This document shows positions 34,898-40,995 of a DNA stretch of 64,000 nt, one piece after another. The position numbers and the translations under genes are program-made. The stretch is taken from assembly GCA_938021675.1 (NCBI GenBank), contig CALIFY010000014.1, forward strand, positions 34,726 to 98,725. The letters are read 5' to 3'. Origin of the DNA: an uncultured Acidimicrobiales bacterium (GTDB lineage: Bacteria > Actinomycetota > Acidimicrobiia > Acidimicrobiales > SZUA-35). Position 1 is the stretch's first letter; the number at the start of each line of letters is the position of its first letter. The notes under the pieces are model-generated. The model made no database searches. It saw nothing but the letters and a program-made list of their open reading frames with translations, and was not told the origin of the DNA.

Positions 34898-36076
34898 ATG
34901 ACCGACGCCACTTCCGCTTCACCCGGCGAGACGACCGTTCCCCAAAAACCCCGTTGGACGTTCCAGTGGAAAGAGCTGTACGACGAGGTCATCACGTCCG
35001 GGTTGTGCACCGGCTGCGCGGGGTGCGTGATCGCCTGCCCGCACGACGTGATCGGCTACGAACACAAACCGGGGGCGTATACCCCATTTCACTTGGAAGA
35101 AGAGTTGGGGCTGGCCAACTGTGTGCACGGTGAAAAGGGCTGCACCTCGTGCACCAGGGCGTGCCCCCGTTTCCGGTCTTGGGAGACCGAAGCCGATGAA
35201 CACCTCTTCGGACGGGTGAGAGAGCCGAGCGAAAAGTCGGGCATCTACAAAGACATCCTCCTCGTGCGGGCAACCGACGATCGGATTTACGAGAATGGCC
35301 AGGACGGTGGGTTGGTGTCGGCCATCCTGATTTGGTGCCTTGAGAACGACATCATCGATGGTGCGTTGGTGTCGATGTTGGAAGGGGGTGCCGGCGGCTG
35401 GAAAGCGATCCCCGGGGTGGCTACCAATATCGAAGAAGTTATGGCATCGGCCGGTAGCCGGTATACCTACTCGGCCAACACCATGGCGTTCGACGAGGCC
35501 CGAGACCGGGGCTTGGACAAACTGGCGCTCGTCGGGATGAGCTGCCAAACATCGATTGGCCCGGTGATGTGGCACCGAAAGGTGGGGAAGGTCTCGAAAC
35601 CCATCAAACTCAACATCGGGTTGTTGTGCTCAAAGTCGTTCGATGACTCGATGTTCGACGAACTTTTCTATTACAAATATGGGCTGGCCAAAGACGACAT
35701 CGTAAAGATGAATATCAAGGGGGTGTTCCAGGTATGGATGCGAAACGGCGACTACCACGAGATCAACCTTAAGGAATGCCACGCTTGGACACGAGAAGGG
35801 TGCAATCATTGCCCCGACTTTGCTGCTGAACATGCCGACATTTCCACCGGGGGCATCGGAAACGAGACGGACTGGACGTTGACTGTGGTTCGAACTGACC
35901 TGGGTCGGGCCGTCATCGATGCCATGATCACCGACGGCGTGGTCGAGACCCGACCCGGTGACGATGATCCGGCGGCTATAGCGCTCATGCACCGCCTGGC
36001 CGAGAAGAGCAGGCAGCGATGGCCGGCGTGGGCAAACGGCGAAGCGCGGGTTGGTCTGTCGCCGAAGAAGGCGTAG
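34898..36076 (+). CDS. FrhB/FdhB-family (coenzyme F420 hydrogenase/dehydrogenase beta subunit-like) Fe-S flavoprotein
   Basis: N-terminal ferredoxin-like CTGCAGCVIACP. The C-terminal region has CNHCPDFAAEHADISTGG, typical of the FrhB C-terminal domain. The start was moved to ATG 34898. Confidence 0.65.
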   Translation: MTDATSASPGETTVPQKPRWTFQWKELYDEVITSGLCTGCAGCVIACPHDVIGYEHKPGAYTPFHLEEELGLANCVHGEKGCTSCTRACPRFRSWETEADEHLFGRVREPSEKSGIYKDILLVRATDDRIYENGQDGGLVSAILIWCLENDIIDGALVSMLEGGAGGWKAIPGVATNIEEVMASAGSRYTYSANTMAFDEARDRGLDKLALVGMSCQTSIGPVMWHRKVGKVSKPIKLNIGLLCSKSFDDSMFDELFYYKYGLAKDDIVKMNIKGVFQVWMRNGDYHEINLKECHAWTREGCNHCPDFAAEHADISTGGIGNETDWTLTVVRTDLGRAVIDAMITDGVVETRPGDDDPAAIALMHRLAEKSRQRWPAWANGEARVGLSPKKA

Positions 36077-36102
36077 CGGCTGCCGGTCGTCGTCGGGCTG
36101 GG

Positions 36103-36759
36103 TTAGCCCTCGGCCGGCTGGCCGACGATCGCCGTGATCTCGGCAACGTCGCCGTTTTGGATGGCGTTTCCTGCTCGGCCTTTTGCCTCGAATTCTGAGG
36201 CATTCCACTCTTCGGCGAGGGCGAGGAGTTGTTCGTAGTTGTAGCCGGCGTCCCAGTATGCAGCGTAGGCGTCGAGGTCATCCTCGTTCCAGCCGTCGGG
36301 AGTCGCCGTCGGGGGTTGGCCGACGATCGCCGTGATCTCTGCCATGTCGCCGTTTTGGATGGCGTTTCCTGCGCGGCCTTTTGCTTCGAATTGTGAGGTG
36401 TTCCATTCTTCGGCGAGGGCGAGGAGTTGTTCGTGGTTGTAGCCGGCGTCCAGGTATGCGGCGTAGGCGTCGAGGTCATCCTCGTTCCAGCCGCTCATCG
36501 GGTCGATACTCGTTGGGGTCGAGGATCCGGTACCGGAGTCCTCGTTGACGGTCGGTGGTTCGTTAGGAGCGGCTGGCTCGGTTGTTATCGTCGGCTCAGA
36601 CGCCAGGGTGACGCCGGCAAAGCCAACACCGACCACGGTCACCGCGGCAACGGCGCCGTAGGTCAGACGTTGCCGGCTCCGGCGACGTCTGGCATCGATG
36701 TCATAGATCTCTTCGAGGCTTGGCGGCGGTAGTTCGGTGTTGTCGGCAGGTCGTATCAT
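36103..36759 (-). CDS. Membrane-anchored protein with 2 x ~60-aa novel repeat module; putative anti-sigma/sensor partner of the adjacent ECF sigma
   Basis: The ATG overlaps the sigma stop (ATGA). The cytoplasmic tail is about 30 aa. One TM helix (LTYGAVAAVTVVGVGFAGVTLA), a Pro/Thr linker, then two copies of GWNEDDLDAYAAY.DAGYN.EQLLALAEEWN.S.FEAKGRAGNAIQNGD.AEITAIVGQP. No classical anti-sigma domain was recognised. Confidence 0.65.
   Translation of the reverse strand: MIRPADNTELPPPSLEEIYDIDARRRRSRQRLTYGAVAAVTVVGVGFAGVTLASEPTITTEPAAPNEPPTVNEDSGTGSSTPTSIDPMSGWNEDDLDAYAAYLDAGYNHEQLLALAEEWNTSQFEAKGRAGNAIQNGDMAEITAIVGQPPTATPDGWNEDDLDAYAAYWDAGYNYEQLLALAEEWNASEFEAKGRAGNAIQNGDVAEITAIVGQPAEG
36115..36492 (-). 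repeat. Two tandem ~180-bp coding repeats (period 198 bp), paralogous to 38357..38782
   Basis: Copies at 36115..36294 and 36313..36492. There are long identical DNA runs with the second locus, for example the 36-mer gaggagttgttcgtagttgtagccggcgtcccagta at 36223..36258 and at 38474..38509. Confidence 0.9.
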
Positions 36760-37280
36760 CGCTGCTCTTCCTCTTCGGCCGTAAGTGCATCTCGTAGTCG
36801 TCGTCTTGCGTTGCTTAGCGTGGCCGAAGCTGAGCCGGCGCTGGTGTTCATCTGCGCCGCCACCTCGGCCTCCGACAGTTCGTCCCAGTAACGCAGTTGT
36901 ACGGCGGTCCGCATCCGATCTGGAAGATCGTTGACCAATTCGACAACCGAATCGAGCCCGTGGCCTTGGATGGCGATGTCTGGCTCATCGATCTTCGTTG
37001 GCAAGCGGCCTTGTTCGATCTTGGCGATAGCCCGTTTCTCGATTTGTCTTCGTCGCCACGCTCGTCGGGAGAGATTGATAGCGGTACGAAAAACCCAGCC
37101 CTCGGGCGACTCCATCCGACCAACACGGCGCCACTTGGCATACGCCCGGGCAAAGGCCTCGGCCGCGAGCTCGCGACCGAGTACCGGGTCGCCGACCTGC
37201 TGGGCGATGCGCCTTGATAGTGGCTCGGCAACATCGGCGTACCAGCTCTCGAATGAGAGTTCGCCATCCGAAGGGGTCAT
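36756..37280 (-). CDS. ECF (sigma-70 family group 4) sigma factor
   Basis: Region 2 (ELAAEAFARAYAKWRRV...GWVFRTAINLSRRAWRRR) and region 4 (DLPDRMRTAVQLRYWDELSEAEVAAQMNTSAGSASATLSNARRRLRDAL). 174 aa. Confidence 0.85.
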   Translation of the reverse strand: MTPSDGELSFESWYADVAEPLSRRIAQQVGDPVLGRELAAEAFARAYAKWRRVGRMESPEGWVFRTAINLSRRAWRRRQIEKRAIAKIEQGRLPTKIDEPDIAIQGHGLDSVVELVNDLPDRMRTAVQLRYWDELSEAEVAAQMNTSAGSASATLSNARRRLRDALTAEEEEQR

Positions 37281-37294
37281 CGGTTCGAGATGAT

Positions 37295-38326
37295 TTACGG
37301 TAGAGCTCGTTTGAGTTCCTCCAAGCCGGCAAGGATCTGTCCAGGGTTGTCGGCGCCGGGCAGGATCCGGATCTCGACGGTGTCCTTAGTTCGAGCGCCC
37401 TTCCTGAGGTTGACGAGGTTCAGATCGCAATACTTGGTCAGCGGAATGGTGCGCAGCCACATCAGCACCTCAGGCCAGGACCGATCGGTGAAACCCGGTT
37501 GACGGACACCATCGACCAACTCTGGGGGTAACGGCGATAACCGACGGCAAGCCTGGTTAGTGCCGAGCGTAGACCACAGCGCATCACGTTCAGAGAATAA
37601 CTCGATCAATCGGGCCAGAGCCGGCGCGGTTCGAAACGGCTCCGCGTCGAGATGGATATGAACCGCAGCCTCGGCTGGGATCGTGAATCCAAGATCTCTG
37701 GCCGGGCCGAGCAAGGCTTCGAGTGCGTCCTCGAAGCTGCCGGTCAGCGGCGGGGTGACGATCTCGCAGACCCGCTCTCGTTCGCCACCTTGGGGAGCAA
37801 TCATTGCGATGGTGTCGCCACCTCGATCGTCGAGGCGGAATCGGTTCCCGTCAAGAGCTTCCACCGCCGAGCCGAACGCAGCCGCCATTGGTCCTAGCAT
37901 CGACTCGGCGGATGCGGTCGGGTCACAGATTTGTTGTGCCAACCGAAGGAGGCGGGGTTCATCACTCAGGATCCGAAACCACCCCGGCTCCGGCATTTTG
38001 TGGATGTCGAGATCGGTGTTGATCGTGACGTCATCGACGAGCCGACAACGCATCGCACCGTTGGCCTCGTCAACTTCAAACCCACGGGTGAGGTGATGAA
38101 AAACTGGACGGCCTTCCACCAACGATGGTTCGGCATCGTGGTGGAAGACCGTCCTGATCGACCCTCCACACTGTTCGGCGAACTCTTCGGCCAGCGTGTG
38201 CCGGCTGGCACCGGACGGTGCGAGAAGTTCGACCTCGAACCCCAGCCGGTCCCAATGGCCGGTACGGGCTGGGTGGTCCGACCATGTGACGGTGTCGGAC
38301 TGGCGTGGAGTGTCAGATGTTGCCAT
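37295..38326 (-). CDS. Amidoligase_2-type (glutamine-synthetase-like COOH-NH2 ligase fold) enzyme, substrate unknown
   Basis: Ordered motifs match the putative-amidoligase family as I recall it: LGFEVELLAP (GxExE strand), VCEIVTPPLTG, AAVHIHLDA, KYCDLNLVNL, TVEIRILPGADN. No signal peptide or TM helix. Confidence 0.6.
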   Translation of the reverse strand: MATSDTPRQSDTVTWSDHPARTGHWDRLGFEVELLAPSGASRHTLAEEFAEQCGGSIRTVFHHDAEPSLVEGRPVFHHLTRGFEVDEANGAMRCRLVDDVTINTDLDIHKMPEPGWFRILSDEPRLLRLAQQICDPTASAESMLGPMAAAFGSAVEALDGNRFRLDDRGGDTIAMIAPQGGERERVCEIVTPPLTGSFEDALEALLGPARDLGFTIPAEAAVHIHLDAEPFRTAPALARLIELFSERDALWSTLGTNQACRRLSPLPPELVDGVRQPGFTDRSWPEVLMWLRTIPLTKYCDLNLVNLRKGARTKDTVEIRILPGADNPGQILAGLEELKRALP

Positions 38327-38344
38327 GTGGGTGTGGGATATGGG

Positions 38345-38923
38345 TCAGCCGTTGGCCGGTTGGCCGACGATTGCGGTGATTTCGGTGATTTCTGTGGTGT
38401 CGCCGTCTTGGATGGCGTTTCCTGCTCGGCCTTTTGCTTCGAATTCTGAGGTGTTCCATTCTTCGGCGAGGGTGAGGAGTTGTTCGTAGTTGTAGCCGGC
38501 GTCCCAGTACGCGGTGTATGCGTCGAGGTCGTCTTCGTTCCAGCCGTCGGGGGTGTCGGGTGGTGGGGGTTGGTCCGGTCCTGCTGGTTGGCCGACGATT
38601 GCGGTGATTGCGTTGATTTCTGTGGTGTTGCCGTCTTGGATGGCGATGCCCGCTCGAGCCTTCGCCTCGAAGTTCGACGTGTTCCATTCGATGGCAAGAG
38701 CCTCAAGCTGTTCGAAGCTATAGCCGGCCATCCAAAAGGCCGCGTAGGCATCGAGCGTGGCCTGATCGATATCCATGCCCTCCACGTTGATGAGAGGGGC
38801 CGGGTTCTTGGCGGTTGGCGTGTCGTCGGGAGTTTGGGCCAGTGCCAGACCGGAAACCGCACCGGCGACGGGAAAGGCCAGTGCTGAGGCAGCGGCGAAC
38901 TTCAGCTTTTTGGAATTGAGCAT
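38345..38923 (-). CDS. Secreted protein with 2 x the same ~60-aa novel repeat module
   Basis: Sec-type signal MLNSKKLKFAAASALAFPVAGAVSGLALA|QTPDD (start set at ATG 38923, SD gaagga). It carries two modules homologous to those of 36103..36759. Confidence 0.7.
   Translation of the reverse strand: MLNSKKLKFAAASALAFPVAGAVSGLALAQTPDDTPTAKNPAPLINVEGMDIDQATLDAYAAFWMAGYSFEQLEALAIEWNTSNFEAKARAGIAIQDGNTTEINAITAIVGQPAGPDQPPPPDTPDGWNEDDLDAYTAYWDAGYNYEQLLTLAEEWNTSEFEAKGRAGNAIQDGDTTEITEITAIVGQPANG
38357..38782 (-). repeat. Two tandem coding repeats paralogous to 36115..36492
   Basis: Copies at 38357..38545 (close to the 36-kb copies) and 38585..38782 (more diverged). There is a 9-bp EIT duplication in copy 2. 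Confidence 0.9.
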
Positions 38924-39012
38924 TGGCAGCGGTCCTTCTGTAGGGAACACCTAAAGAAGCCTCAGATGCATCGGTTCCCTTAGCCGCGGCCGGATTATTC
39001 TGATGGTTGTCG

Positions 39013-40341
39013 CTACTCGTTGGCCGTGGCGACGATCGGGGAGGTGGCGGCGGTAATGACCGAGCCGGTCTCCGAGGCGAACGCGGTGGTGACGCCGATC
39101 GGGGTGCCATCTACTCGTTCACCGAGATGGTTCGTTACCTGGCAGGTGCCATCGTCGTTGATAACCAGAACGGTTCCGCAGTAGTCGGGCATGTCCTCAA
39201 CCGATTCTCCAAGCACGATGAGGCCCATCTCGTTGTTCTGAACCGATTCGTGGGAGAAGCCGGCTCGCTCGAAGTGCAAGAGGCCGTCGGCCAGAGCGAC
39301 GCAGTACCCGGTGCTGTCCGTCGGGAACAGCGACGGCGGAAGTACCGATGTCCACTTCCAATCCTCGACGAGGTTCTTTGATGTGACGATGGAGAATTCG
39401 AGATCGCCGAGCACCGAGAGAGCTGCGAGAGATAGCACCGCCGAGCGAGCGGTAGCCAACGCTGCCGAACGGCTGCCGACAATTCCGAGCGGACCATACA
39501 GCAAGTTGGCGGTCACCGGAACCCAGGGCAAGAAGCTCATGTTCTCGATCGGTTCGTACAGCTCTTCTGGTATCTGCTCAGGCTCGTCGAACCGGGGCTC
39601 CCAGGGAATGGTGCAGTAGGCGACAGCGAAACGGCCGAACAACGGGTGGTCGACGCCCCGTTCCCACAAGCCTGGTTCGAGTCGGCCGAGCCTGGTCCGT
39701 AGTTCCTCGGGATTGGGGTGGAGTAGGCGGTGGCGGTCGGCGGTGGCGTTTCTGGTCTGACGGATCGATTGGAGAAACGCCCAGGCCTGGGCGTTCAATT
39801 CTAGGTCGCTTGTTTCGCTGGTCTGCCGGGAGAACAATGAGCTGAGGAACGAGTCGCGGCCGGACCCGGTCGTCTGTTGGTCTTCGATGAAACTCGGGAC
39901 TTCGATCGCCGGTGTCGGTTGACGGGCCGCTTCGATGGTGGCGACGATCGAAGCGGCTGTGGCCGGTGGGCGGGGAGGGCGCACGGTGAAGCAGGCGCTC
40001 CCGACGTGGAGCACAGACTCACCGATCGGCATGGCTTCGGTCACCGGCGCTTGATCGACGAGTGCGTCGACCGAACCAGGAACCACCATGACGGTGTCAA
40101 CGTCTTGGACCGCCAACGAAAATCCAATGTCCCGGTCGGACTCGCGGAATTGGAACAACCCGGAGTGAAGTGGCATGACGGTTCCAGATGTCAACCCTGC
40201 AACCTGCCGCATCTCGAGCAGCACGTCGGCAGGGGCGCCATCGGTGGTCGCCGCATCGTCGCCGTTTTGAAACGGCGGTGCAGTCGGGTCGAGAGAGAAG
40301 TCATCCATCTCGGGATTGGGTGCGATTGCTGGATCGTTCAT
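39013..40341 (-). CDS. Hypothetical protein: FHA-like beta-rich N-region plus degenerate FtsK/SpoIIIE-like domain (Walker A lysine absent)
   Basis: Start moved to ATG 40341 (MNDPAIAPN...). YGPLGIVGSRSAALATARSAVLSLAA...LEFSIVTSKN...VLPP lines up with the FtsK-family pattern PH.LvAGtTGSGKS...L..l...l.liDpK...lPH, but it lacks the GKS/T. No TM helix was seen. This is pattern recognition only. Confidence 0.4.
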   Translation of the reverse strand: MNDPAIAPNPEMDDFSLDPTAPPFQNGDDAATTDGAPADVLLEMRQVAGLTSGTVMPLHSGLFQFRESDRDIGFSLAVQDVDTVMVVPGSVDALVDQAPVTEAMPIGESVLHVGSACFTVRPPRPPATAASIVATIEAARQPTPAIEVPSFIEDQQTTGSGRDSFLSSLFSRQTSETSDLELNAQAWAFLQSIRQTRNATADRHRLLHPNPEELRTRLGRLEPGLWERGVDHPLFGRFAVAYCTIPWEPRFDEPEQIPEELYEPIENMSFLPWVPVTANLLYGPLGIVGSRSAALATARSAVLSLAALSVLGDLEFSIVTSKNLVEDWKWTSVLPPSLFPTDSTGYCVALADGLLHFERAGFSHESVQNNEMGLIVLGESVEDMPDYCGTVLVINDDGTCQVTNHLGERVDGTPIGVTTAFASETGSVITAATSPIVATANE

Positions 40342-40995
40342 CCAACGGACAATTCTACGCGGTTCTCGAAGCTGATCCTGACCCAGGAGGAACAAGGAGG
40401 GTCGTCGGGGGTGCGCATGGTGTCTAGTCGACCACGAATCGAAACCGGACGGTAATCCTACGGTTGGTGATGACCCGTTCCAGGTGTCGACCCGAGGGGG
40501 TCTATGGCCGGCTTGTCGCCAAGATCGAAGCCCTTCTCGGTCGTGTCGCGTCATACCTAAGTTCGCCATCGGTTGGCAGCCGGCGCCCCGTCTCGCCGGG
40601 CCCGGAAAGCTGCAGCCCCGGCTCATGGCCACGATCTCGAGGGAACCGATCGTGCAGTTAGGGAGGGATGACTCCTGGCAAGGTTTGATGTTTGAGGCCA
40701 ACCGGTGGTGGGAATACTTCATTAGTACGTTCCTGCGAGTCGCCGGTCACGGTAGATGACGGCCACTGCTTGAGTGGTAAGTGCGAGTCGCTAGCGAAAA
40801 ACGAGAACCTGGTAGTTGGAGCCTCAAAGTGACTCTGGCCGTGGATAACGGGCTTCCATCGCAACAGCCGGTTGAACCGTGAAGGCCAACCCAAAAGACC
40901 CGGCCCGTCGGTTTTTGGTACTGGCTCTGTCGAGAAACTCTGGCTGTTGCCCAGATGCTGCCAAGAGCCGAGACGACCCCGAGCAGGAAGTGTAG

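Noticed and set aside
36103-40341. Interpretation of the sigma/amidoligase/FtsK-like region as a type VII secretion or conjugation locus
   Set aside because: No WXG100-type small proteins, EccB/D-like membrane components, relaxase or intact FtsK ATPase were recognisable. Only a single degenerate FtsK-like domain is present.
40342-40995. tmRNA, RNase P RNA or SRP RNA in the 650-bp gap
   Set aside because: I could not find the hallmark conserved stretches: the RNase P P4 GAGGAAAGUCC-type box, a tRNA-like CCA-ending acceptor/T-arm with a tag ORF, or an SRP domain IV GGAA-tetraloop context. A CCCGGAAAGCUGCAGCC stretch only superficially resembles SRP helix 8. I kept the gap as an unexplained region in the findings.
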